The notes beneath the pieces are model-generated. The model was not told where the DNA came from and did no database searches. It was given only the letters and a program-made list of their open reading frames with translations. The position numbers and the translations under genes are program-made. A stretch of DNA of 64,000 nt from Auanema rhodensis (Eukaryota; Animalia; Nematoda). The stretch covers positions 11,160,001 through 11,224,000 of the forward strand of contig OZ059898.1 of the NCBI GenBank assembly GCA_964057225.1. Reading direction: 5' to 3'. Shown in pieces: positions 1 through 11,621 of the stretch; position 1 is the first letter of the stretch, and every line of letters begins with the position of its first letter.

Positions 1-1283
1 GTGATGAAAATCGAACACTTATTCGAAACCTTCATTTGTTTTCAAACAAACTACAAAAATTTAGAAAAATAACATTTTTAGTTCTAACCTTTTACAGAAT
101 TGAGAACAGTTAAACAAAAATAAAAAATCATGTTTAAAAGTTTTTTTTGGACACTATATTGCCCGTTTAAAACGTCCAGGAGATGCTCCAGAAGAAGCTT
201 TACTCTTTGATCCAGTTCCAAATTTTGTTACAAAAATGTGTCCAAAACTTTATAATTATCTAAAAATAGTAAACCTTCAGTTTTCAATATATAAACAGAC
301 ATGGTGTTTTTGTATTTTTTTGTAGTTTGAACAGCATTTCTGAATTCTTTTAAAGAACACAGTATACAACATATCAACATTTAATTTATTCCCTATCGAG
401 GACATGTATAAAAAGTTCACTTTGTCCTGGTTTTGGAGGTAGACAAATGAGAATACAGGATGGGTTACATTTTTACTATTAAATGAGATTCTATAAAATG
501 TTTCATAAACATATGAGTATTATCGGGTTAATTAATAAAACACAAAACCCCTCCAAGGATCCATATGCTATAAATAAAATATTTTATATTATAAGAATTT
601 CATAATAATCTTTTATCTTGAATCATTTTGCACTATAGGGTACGGATGATGATAACGTTGATTCAACAATCGAAAATCGCTTCCCCTAAAGGAAGATAAT
701 CAAAACCTTTCTTTCAATTCCTTAAACAACAGTTTCCGCCAGTTTACCATTCCTGTTTATATCTATAGGTATGTGATATGCTATATATACATCTCGCATA
801 CCCGAACGACTTCATTAACTTGATTGCTTAAAAAAGCAATTTTCAATACGTGTCTTTGTTCTCAAAAGTGTCAAGTTTTGATGAACGATATTGAAATGTT
901 AAATGATTGGTGACGATATCAAAGATATATTGAGGAGAGAGCTATGCAAAATAATCGAAAGTTCTGATTGTTTAAATGTACGGGTGGGATTATGCTAACC
1001 AGGAACTAGCCAAACACCCAGCTGTTTTAAGGAAATATGATTCCTTAATAAATACGGTTCATATGATAGTGTGATCAGTTCAGTTTCTTCGTAGTCTAAT
1101 TGAATATTATGACGTTTTCGTCGTTCTCACATCCATTCTCTCAATCAAGCATTACAACACTTCGAATCAAAATCTCTTCCGATTCGCGGTATCGCTCAGC
1201 TAATTCTTCGAACCGAACAAAGAATAACTTTTTTCCATTGATATTCACACTTTGATCATTGCGAATCTTTGTTACCTTAACTT

Positions 1284-2366
1284 TTCCAGAAGAAAATGTT
1301 GCGTTGGATTGTAGGATTATTATTGCTTCAAATTTCATTGCAATGTATGAAAACAAATCCGGGAGAGACAAGTAAGTATAAATTTTGATAAATATTACAA
1401 ATTTTCTAATAATGTTTTAAATTTCTTGAATTCTTTTCAGCTACTGTCATGCCTGTAACTACACCTATTCCAGGTTTGATTAACTTATAATCAAAACATT
1501 TATAATTTGTTTTATAGCCACTACACCAGTTATCCCAGGTACTGACAATTTGTTTTAAACTTTCTAAGTATTTACAAACTTGTATTCTTTTTTCTCATTT
1601 CAACTCAAAAAATAGGAAGACCTATATTGAAATTTTAGTGAAAAAAATTAAAAAAGAAGAATAATTGACCCAACCTTATAAGCTTTGAATCTTTCTTACT
1701 ATTCAGATATTGCTTGATCATTCATCCTAACAACTTAACAACTTAACAACTAAAACTTAGTTATCACATCATCTTCATTCATATGCTTTATTACTTTTAA
1801 ACGAATATTCATTATGAGATATATGTATAAGATATTTCTAAACTTCCAAATCTAAATCTGTCCAATCTTTTAATCAAAAAATTAGAAATTTCTCTTTTTA
1901 CAATTGCAATTGAAATGACAAATCGAGGTTAATGCCCTATACTTACATATATCAACAGCTTGAGTTGTAAATTGTCTATCCAAAGAGAAAAAGAGTTTTT
2001 GGGTTTTTCTTCTTTCTCTTACAATCCTCCTTTCTGTTTTTTCTGTATCCATTTATTTTATAATTAAACTATAACAATAATTAAAAATCAAAGCACAATA
2101 TCTTGAAATTCTAGAATACTCCCTAAGAGAATGTTTGGGGAAAATGTCTAAAAAGGGTAAATAATCCTGTTAGAAAGCCATTTCATCCTAGACCAAAAAT
2201 CATAACATCCACATACAGTTTCAGAAGTTTGAAATAAAGACATTCAAATCAGAATTACTAGTTTAATATTGAAATTTGGAAATAATTTGAATATTTATTA
2301 ATAACTTATTATAACTTAAAACCAATTTTACTTTTAACAAACTCATTTTTCTATATTTCCGTACTA
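1284..2366 (+). repeat. Direct duplication copy 1 (partner 6768-7850, offset 5484)
   Basis: About 1080 nt with only two substitutions seen by eye. Covers the acceptor before the ATG, exons 1-3 and most of the long third intron. Confidence 0.95.
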
Positions 2367-5300
2367 TTTACATCATTACATTGCTCAACAATATGAATTT
2401 TTTTCTAATTACAACCATCATCAGCTGAACTCCACTACTGTGTTTACTACAACAGTATACTCACTTATGTTCTTTCTTTTCAAATTTGTCCAACTTGCTT
2501 TTCAGTTACAACACCAGCAGTTACTACCGCTGTGCCAGTGGATACAACAACGGAGATCATAAGTAAGAACTTCCTACTTCTGTTAACCAACTTCATGCTT
2601 TCTATCGCTTTTCTATCCCTTCTGCAACACCTGAGCTTTTATTGGTTCAATTCCCAAAGAGTTATTGAAGTTCTTCCTCTGAGTACCTGAACTAACCTCC
2701 AAAAAATACAGAAGAGACCGATCGCATGCTTGTAACCCAACTGTCCAACTTGCTTTTCAGTTACAACACCAGAAGTTACTACTGCTATACCAGTGGATAC
2801 AACAACGGAGATCATAAGTAAGAACTTCCTACTTCTGTTAACCAACTTCATGCTTTCTATCGCTTTCCACTTGCTTCTGCAAAATCTGAGCTTTTACTGG
2901 TTCAATTCCCAAAGAGTTATTGAAGTTCTTCCTCTGAGTACCTGAACTAACCTCCAAAAAATACAGAAGAGATCGATCGCATGCTTGTAACCCAACTGTC
3001 CAACTTGCTTTTCAGTTACAACACCAGAAGTTACTACTGCTATACCAGTGGATACAACAACGGAGATCATAAGTAAGAACTTCCTACTTCTGTTAACCAA
3101 CTTCATGCTTTCTATCGCTTTCCACTTGCTTCTGCAACTTCTGAGCTTTTATTGGTTCAATTCCCAAAGAGTTATTGAAGTTCTTCCTCTGAGTACCTGA
3201 ACTAACCTCCAAAAAATACAGAAGAGATCGATCGCATGCTTGTAACCCAACTGTCCAACTTGCTTTTCAGTTACAACACCTGAAGTTAGTACTGCTATAC
3301 CAGTAGATACAACAACGGAGATCATAAGTAAGAACTTCCAACTTCTGTTAACCAACTTTATGCTTTCTATCGCTTTCCACTTGCTTCTGCAACTTCTGAG
3401 CCTTTATGCGTTAAGTTCCCGAAGAGTTATTAAAGTTCTTCTCTTAAAACCTGAAATAACATCTGAAAAATTATGAAAAGATTGATCATATCCTTCTAAC
3501 CTAACTTTTCAACTTGCTTTTCAGTTACCACACCTCAGGTTACTACTGCTGTACCAGTGGATACAACAACGGAGATCATAAGTAAGAACTTCCTACTTCT
3601 GTTAACCAACTTCATGCTTTCTATCGCTTTCCACTTGCTTCTGCAAAATCTGAGCTTTTACTGGTTCAATTTCTGACGAGTTATTGAAGTTCTTCCTCTG
3701 AACACCTGAACTAACTTTCGAAAAATACAGAAGAGATCGATCGCATGCTTCTAACCCAACTGTTCAACTTGCTTTTCAGTTACAACACCAGAAGTTACTA
3801 CTGCTGTACCAGTGGATACAACAACGGAGATCATAAGTAAGAACTTCCTACTTCTGTTAACCAACTTCATGCTTTCTATCGCTTTCCACTTGCTTCTGCA
3901 AAATCTGAGCTTTTACTGGTTCAATTTCTGACGAGTTATTGAAGTTCTTCCTCTGAACACCTGAACTAACCTCCAAAAAATACAGAAGAGATCGATCGCA
4001 TGCTTCTAACCCAACTGTTCAACTTGCTTTTCAGTTACAACACCAGAAGTTACTACTGCGGTACCAGTGGATACAACAACGGAGATGATAAGTACGAACT
4101 CCCATGTTCTGTTAACCAACTTTATGCTTTCTATCGCTTTCCTTTTGCTTTTGCAATATCTGAGTTTTTATTGGTTCAGTTCCGAAACAGTTTTTGAAGT
4201 TCTAGCTTTGAAACTTGAATAAACTTTCGAAAAATCGAGAAAAGATCAACCACATGCTTCTAACCTAACTTTTCAACATGCTTTTCAGTCACAACACCTG
4301 AAGTTACTACCGCTGTACCAGTGGATACAACAACGGAGATGATCAGTAAGAACTCCCATGTTCTGTTAACCAACTTCATGCTTTCTATCGCTTTCCTTTT
4401 GCTTTTGCAATATCTGAGTTTTTATTGGTTCAGTTCGGAAACAGTTTTTGAAGTTCTAGCTTTGAAACTTGAATGAACTTTCGAAAAATCGAGAAAAGAT
4501 CAACCACATGCTTCTAACCTAACTATTCAACTTGCTTTTCAGTTACAACACCTGAAGTTACTACTGCTGTACCAGTCGATACAACAACGGAGATGATAAG
4601 TACGAACTCCCATGTTCTGTTAACCAACTTTATGCTTTCTATCACTTTTCTCTTGCTTCTGCAACTTCTGAGCTTTTATTGGTTCAATTCCCAAAGAGTT
4701 ATTGAAGTTCTTCCTCTGAAAACCCTAAATAACATCAGAAAAATTATGAAAACGATCGAGCGCATGCTTCTAACCTAACTATCCAACTTGCTTTTCAGTT
4801 ACAACACCTGAAGTTACTACCGCTGTACCAGTGGATACAACAACGGAGATGATCAGTAAGAACTCCAACTTTCTGTTAACCAACTTCATGCTTTATATTG
4901 CTTTTATCTTGCTTCTGCACTGTTTATGTTGTTTTTCTCTTGGTTATCATAATTTAAACAATATTCGTCGAATATAACAATAAAAAACCGAATTGCATAT
5001 CGGGAAAAATAGAAAGAAAAGAAAAAGTTGCGTTATATCTTGTTTTCGATCGAGATTTATGCTTTTTCAATTTCAAAATATAAAATCAAGAAAAAAAAAG
5101 AAAAATTGAACTTCTTTTCATAATTATCCTTTATGATTTCAATCTATTAATTACATATTCTTTCAGTTACAACCACAGAAGAACCAGTAACTCCAGTACC
5201 CACAGGTATCATCTCAATATTTTCTTATTTTTCAAAGTTTTTTTTAAATTTCATTACATATTAAACATTAATTATTTTATTTTAAAATACTTAAATGTAT

Positions 5301-6012
5301 AATCAGCATAGTTAAATAAACTTTACATGGGAGATATCATGAAACAAAGAAGTTTTAATGATTGTCGTTAAGACTTCACTAATTCTCATGATAGATAAAG
5401 CGGTACGATCCGATAAATCTCTAAATTTCCAGAACTGCCTGGTTCTTAACAACCGGCTCTCTTCTGGAACTTAAAAAACTTTGAACACATTTTAATTTTA
5501 ATCATATTTTAACTGTTTTTATTAAAATATTTCTTTCTTTTTTAACATTCATGTCTACATTTATAATCTACCCTGTTGACAGGATGTGGCGGATGTTTGG
5601 CCGAGGATCTTATTAGATTAACTATTCCCGAAGAAACATTCATCAATGGAGACGTATACATAACGTACACTTTTTCTTATTTATAACAAAGTATTTAATT
5701 CCTTTAGTGATTTTGAAATAAAAAATGGATGTGCAACAGCTATGTTAACATGCACAGGCCCTGGAAATGGAAAAGCTTTCTTACAGGTTTGGTTTCAAAT
5801 ACTTGATTTGCATATATAGAAATGGTAATGGTTTTCAGTTCAACGATCAAACAGTTTCAACTCCTCAGTATGGAGCGCAAAGAATTGTTATAGATATTGA
5901 GTGTAACAAGGATGGAAAGTGGCAATACACAGGACCAGATAAAAGTGTACCTCCAATCATGGTTACAACAGTTATGGATAATTTTTCCTGTGTTTATGGA
6001 ATAATACCTTAA
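1296..6012 (+). CDS. Secreted mucin-stalk / C6-domain protein, paralogue A (17 exons, 357 aa)
   Basis: Hand-spliced exons 1296-1371 (MLRWIVGLLLLQISLQCMKTNPGET), 1441-1473, 1518-1538, ten 57-nt exons starting 2506, 2761, 3016, 3271, 3525, 3780, 4035, 4289, 4543, 4799 (ITTPEVTTAVPVDTTTE[I/M]I), 5167-5205, 5583-5664, 5708-5786, 5839-6012. All GT-AG, phases consistent, total 1074 nt. C-terminal CGGC..GC..TC..EC..W..SC matches the nematode C6 domain pattern. AATAAA at 6070-6075. Confidence 0.85.
2488..4918 (+). repeat. Tandem array of ten 254-256 bp units (57-nt exon + about 198-nt intron), array A
   Basis: ttttcag|TTACAACACC...GAGAT[C/G]AT[A/C]A|gta[a/c]ga recurs at spacings 255, 255, 255, 254, 255, 255, 254, 254, 256. 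Confidence 0.95.
4799..5596 (+). repeat. Direct duplication copy 1 (partner 10410-11207, offset 5611)
   Basis: Last repeat exon, two introns and the linker exon are near-identical between paralogues. Identity ends immediately after GGATGTGGCGGATGT (CGGC). Confidence 0.93.
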
Positions 6013-6767
6013 TATACGTTAATATTATGTATAAAATAATATTGTCAAATATATAAATATTTTTATTTTAATAAATAAATGTTTATAACAGAATTTTCAA
6101 CCAAGAGATATATGATAAACATTTAGCTTTCACATTGTTATGCATTTGCTCTCACACGTTATGATTAAGAAGGCGATGGGGATACATGTGATATTTCATC
6201 AACAGCAAAACCCTTACGAATAACAATGATGAAAGTGTTTCTTTCACTAATTTTTACAATTAATTCTTATATATGTATATTCATAGATAATAAGAGTACT
6301 AAATTGAAATATCCCATTACTGATATTTAAATCTTCAGTACTGATGTCATAATCAGGAATATAAAGGTGTGAGGCTGTTTCAATACATGATCTTTATATG
6401 ATCATGATGCTTCGAATCTATTCAAGTTTTGGAAGATCTGCAATCAAGAATAATGAATAAGATACAGTTTTGTAGTGTTCCTGCTTGAAATCACTCATAA
6501 AACAAAGATTGAAAAAGAATTGAATCTTTAATATTTGAAGGAACATTTTCAATGAGTAAGTATTCCATAGATGTGAAATAACTTATAACTGCTTTAACTC
6601 TGATTAGCAGTAATGAGAAGCGGTTCAAAAAAATGCAAAATGAAATACATGAACTAATATATTAATATATTCTTTCTCTGGGCGTGGCTTATTTCGATCA
6701 TGGGGTGTGGCTTGTCTTTTGACCACACCGAGATCTTGATCATTGTTGAATTTCGATAGCAGAATTG

Positions 6768-7850
6768 TTCCAGAAGAAAATGTTGCGTTGGATTGTAGGA
6801 TTATTATTGCTTCAAATTTCATTGCAATGTATGAAAACAAATCCGGGAGAGACAAGTAAGTATAAATTTTGATAAATATTACAAATTTTCTAATAATGTT
6901 TTAAATTTCTTGAATTCTTTTCAGCTACTGTCATGCCTGTAACTACACCTATTCCAGGTTTGATTAACTTATAATCAAAACATTTATAATTTGTTTTATA
7001 GCCACTACACCAGTTATCCCAGGTACTGACAATTTGTTTTAAACTTTCTAAGTATTTACAAACTTGTATTCTTTTTTCTCATTTCAACTCAAAAAATAGG
7101 AAGACCTATATTGAAATTTTAGTGAAAAAAATTAAAAAAGAAGAATAATTGACCCAACCTTATAAGCTTTGAATCTTTCTTACTATTCAGATATTGCTTG
7201 ATCATTCATCCTAACAACTTAACAACTTAACAACTAAAACTTAGTTATCACATCATCTTCATTCATATGCTTTATTACTTTTAAACGAATATTCATTATG
7301 AGATATATGTATAAGATATTTCTAAACTTCCAAATCTAAATCTGTCCAATCTTTTAATCAAAAAATTAGAAATTTCTCTTTTTACAATTGCAATTGAAAT
7401 GACAAATCGAGGTTAATGCCCTATACTTACATATATCAACAGCTTGAGTTGTAAATTGTCTATCCAAAGAGAAAAAGAGTTTTTGGGTTTTTCTTCTTTC
7501 TCTTACAATCCTCCTTTCTGTTTTTTCTGTATCCATTTATTTTATAATTAAACTATAACAATAATTAAAAATCAAAGCACAATATCTTGAAATTCTAGAA
7601 TACTCCCTAAGAGAATGTTTGGGGAAAATGTCTAAAAAGGGTAAATAATCCTGTTAGAAAGCCATTTCATCCTAGACCAAAAATCATAACATCCACATAC
7701 AGTTTCAGAAGTTTGAAATAAAGACATTCAAATCAGAATTAATAGTTTAATATTGAAATTTGGAAATAATTTGAATATTTATTAATAACTTATTATAACT
7801 TAAAACCAATTTTACTTTTAACAAACTCATTTTTCTACATTTCCGTACTA
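6768..7850 (+). repeat. Direct duplication copy 2 (partner 1284-2366)
   Basis: Direct comparison of the two segments. Confidence 0.95.
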
Positions 7851-10800
7851 AAACAACGACAGTTATAACAACAACCTTACCTTCAATAAGAAAAGAATCT
7901 GAATGTAAGTGAACTAATCACTGCAACCCTGACGACAACTGAAGTTAAACGTAAGCTTCCTGACCCATGCACGCCAATGAAAGCTTGAGGATCCCTCCAC
8001 ACATAACCATTTCATTTCTTTCTCTGAATACCTGAAATATTCTCAACCAAATCGAGAAAAGATGGATCACATGCTTCTAACCTTACGGTCCAATTTGCTT
8101 TTCAGTTACAACACCAGAAGTTACTACTGCTATACCAGTGGATACAACAACGGAGATGATCAGTAAGAACTTCCGCCTTCTGTTAACCAACTTCATGCTT
8201 TCTATCGCTTTCCACTTGTTTCTGCGATATCTGAGCTTTTATTGGTACAATTCACAAAGAGTTATCAAAGTTTTTACTTTGAAAACTTGAAAAAACTTTC
8301 GACATATAATGAAAACAATCGACCACATGCTTCTAGCCTTACGGTCCAATTTGCTTTTCAGTTACCACACCTCAGGTTACTACTGCTGTACCAGTGGATA
8401 CAACAACGGAGATGATCAGTAAGAACTTCCGCCTTCTGTTAACCAACTTCGTGCTTTCTATCGCTTTCCTCTTGCTTCTGCAACTTCTGAGCTTTAATGC
8501 GTTAGGTTCCCAAAGAGTTATTCAAGTTCTTCCTCTGAAAACCCTAAATAACCTCAGAAAAATTATGAAAACGATCGAGCGCATGCTTCTAACCCAACTG
8601 TCCAACTTGCTTTTCAGTTACAACACCAGAAGTTACTACTGCGGTACCAGTGGATACAACAACGGAGATGATAAGTACGAACTCCCATGTTCTGTTAACC
8701 AACTTTATGCTTTCTATCGCTTTCCTCTTGCTTCTGCAACTTCTGAGCTTTTATTGGTTCAATTCCCAAAGAGTTATTCAAGTTCTTCCTCTGAAAACCC
8801 TAAATAACCTCAGAAAAATTATGAAAACGATCGAGCGCATGCTTCTAACCCAACTGTCCAACTTGCTTTTCAGTTACAACACCTGAAGTTACTACTGCTG
8901 TACCAGTGGATACAACAACGGAGATGATAAGTACGAACTCCCATGTTCTGTTAACCAACTTTATGCTTTCTATCACTTTCCTCTTGCTTCTGCAACTTCT
9001 GAGCTTTTATTGGTTCAATTCCCAAAGAGTTATTGAAGTTCTTCCTCTGAAAACCCTAAATAACATCAGAAAAATTATGAAAACGATCGAGCGCATGCTT
9101 CTAACCTAACTATCCAACTTGCTTTTCAGTTACAACACCTGAAGTTACTACCGCTGTACCAGTGGATACAACAACGGAGATGATAAGTACGAACTCCCAT
9201 GTTCTGTTAACCAACTTTATGCTTTCTATCACTTTCCTCTTGCTTCTGCAACTTCTGAGCTTTTATTGGTTCAATTCCCAAAGAGTTATTCAAGTTCTTC
9301 CTCTGAAAACCCTAAATAACCTCAGAAAAATTATGAAAACGATTGAGCGCATGCTTCTAACCCAACTGTCCAACTTGCTTTTCAGTTACAACACCTGAAG
9401 TTACTACTGCTGTACCAGTGGATACAACAACGGAGATGATAAGTACGAACTCCCATGTTCTGTTAACCAACTTTATGCTTTCTATCACTTTCCTCTTGCT
9501 TCTGCAACTTCTGAGCTTTTATTGGTTCAATTCCCAAAGAGTTATTCAAGTTCTTCCTCTGAAAACCCTAAATAACCTCAGAAAAATTATGAAAACGATC
9601 GAGTGCATGCTTTTAACCCAACTGTCCAACTTGCTTTTCAGTTACAACACCTGAAGTTACTACTGCTGTACCAGTGGATACAACAACGGAGATGATAAGT
9701 AAGAACTTCCAACTTCTGTTAACCAACTTCATGCTTTCTATCGCTTTCCTCTTGATTCTGCAACTTCTGAACTTCTATGCGTTAAGTTCCCAAAGAGTTA
9801 TTCAAGTTCTTCCTCTGAAAACCCTAAATAACCTCAGAAAAATTATGAAAACGATCAAGCGCATGCTTCTAACCCAACTGTCCAACTTGCTTTTCAGTTA
9901 CAACACCAGAAGTTACTACTGCGGTACCAGTCGATACAACAACGGAGATGATAAGTACGAACTCCCATGTTCTGTTAACCAACTTTATGCTTTCTATCGC
10001 TTTCATCTCGTTTCTGCAACTTCTGAGCTTCTATGCGTTAAGTTCCCAAAGAGTTATTCAAGTTCTTCCTCTGAAAACCCTAAATAACCTCAGAAAAATT
10101 ATGAAAACGATCAAGCGCATGCTTCTAACCCAACTGTCCAACTTGCTTTTCAGTTACAACACCTGAAGTTACTACTGCTGTACCAGTGGATACAACAACG
10201 GAGATGATAAGTACGAACTCCCATGTTCTGTTAACCAACTTTATGCTTTCTATCGCTTTCATCTCGTTTCTGCAACTTCTGAGCTTTTATTGGTTCAATT
10301 CCCAAAGAGTTATTCAAGTTCTTCCTCTGAAAACCCTAAATAACCTCAGAAAAATTATGAAAACGATTGACCACATGCTTCTAACCTAACTATCCAACTT
10401 GCTTTTCAGTTACAACACCTGAAGTTACTACTGCTGTACCAGTGGATACAACAACGGAGATGATCAGTAAGAACTCCAACTTTCTGTTAACCAACTTCAT
10501 GCTTTATATTGCTTTCATCTTGCTTCTGCACTGTTTATGTTGTTTTTCTCTTGGTTATCATAATTTAAACAATATTCGTCGAATATAACAATAAAAAACC
10601 GAATTGCATATCGGGAAAAATAGAAAGAAAAGAAAAAGTTGCGTTATATCTTGTTTTCGATCGAGATTTATGCTTTTTCAATTTCAAAATATAAAATCAA
10701 GAAAAAAAAAGAAAAATTGAACTTCTTTTCATAATTATCCTTCATGATTTCAATCTATTAATTACATATTCTTTCAGTTACAACCACAGAAGAACCAGTA

Positions 10801-11621
10801 ACTCCAGTACCCACAGGTATCATCTCAATATTTTCTTATTTTTCAAAGTTTTTTTTAAATTTCATTACATATTAAACATTAATTATTTTATTTTAAAATA
10901 CTTAAATGTATAATCAGCATAGTTAAATAAACTTTACATGGGAGATATCATGAAACAAAGAAGTTTTAATGATTGTCGTTAAGACTTCACTAATTCTCAT
11001 GATAGATAAAGCGGTACGATCCGATAAATCTCTAAATTTCCAGAACTGCCTGGTTCTTAACAACCGGCTCTCTTCTGGAACTTAAAAAACTTTGAACACA
11101 TTTTAATTTTAATCATATTTTAACTGTTTTTATTAAAATATTTCTTTCTTTTTTAACATTCATGTCTAAATTTATAATCTACCCTGTTGACAGGATGTGG
11201 CGGATGTACTCTCGATCAACTTCCCCGTTTCGTCATTCCTGAAGATCCTACAACTGGATTTGTAGAAGGAGAGGCATCATTATCGTTTAGTTTACATTTT
11301 TTATCAAAAATCACTCATTCTGTTACAGAGATATTAAAATAGTAAATGGTTGTGCTGTAACAGTTCTCACATGCACAGGCCCTGGAAACGGAGTAGCCTT
11401 CATAACGGTAAGTTTTCATTGTAAATCGTACATACAGTCTTACTTGTTTTCAGTTCAATAGTGAAACTGTATCTAGTCCGGATGCTGATTTAGTTGTTAG
11501 TGTTGAGCTTAATTGTGACGAAAATAAGCAATGGACTTTAATATCCCCGGACCATGAAAATCCGGCAAATTCTGTTACAACAGTGTTGAATAATTATTCT
11601 TGTCAATTTGCATCATTATAA
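6780..11621 (+). CDS. Secreted mucin-stalk / C6-domain protein, paralogue B (17 exons, 358 aa)
   Basis: Exons 6780-6855, 6925-6957, 7002-7022, ten 57-nt exons from 8106 to 10410 at exact 256-bp steps, 10778-10816, 11194-11284, 11329-11407, 11454-11621; 1077 nt in frame. Head CGGCTLDQLPRFVIPEDP...NGCAVTVLTCTGPGNG...ELNCDENKQW...NYSCQFASL. AATAAA at 11641-11646. Confidence 0.85.
8050..10530 (+). repeat. Tandem array of ten 256-bp exon+intron units, array B
   Basis: Exon starts 8106, 8362, 8618, 8874, 9130, 9386, 9642, 9898, 10154, 10410. Confidence 0.95.
10410..11207 (+). repeat. Direct duplication copy 2 (partner 4799-5596)
   Basis: Direct comparison of the two segments. Confidence 0.93.

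Noticed and set aside
1-1260. Coding-like fragments (e.g. KSCLKVFFGHYIARLKRPGDAPEEALLFDPVPNFVTKMCPKLYNYLKI near 125-270) with plausible splice sites
   Set aside because: In-frame TGA stops and no recognisable family. Possibly a decayed gene, but no consistent model could be built.
2639-10389. Repeated 60-137 aa ORFs (MKLVNRS..., MDTTTEMIS...) resembling a small membrane-protein family
   Set aside because: They are antisense or intron read-through frames of the 255/256-bp repeat. The 57-nt exon model explains the splice signals.
2488-10530. Regular repeat array as CRISPR or satellite
   Set aside because: Eukaryotic context, the inter-repeat sequences are themselves near-identical, and the units carry splice sites.
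11271-11285. GAG|gcatca as another GC donor in paralogue B
   Set aside because: The acceptor needs phase 2. The GT donor at 11285 satisfies it and matches the intron position in paralogue A.
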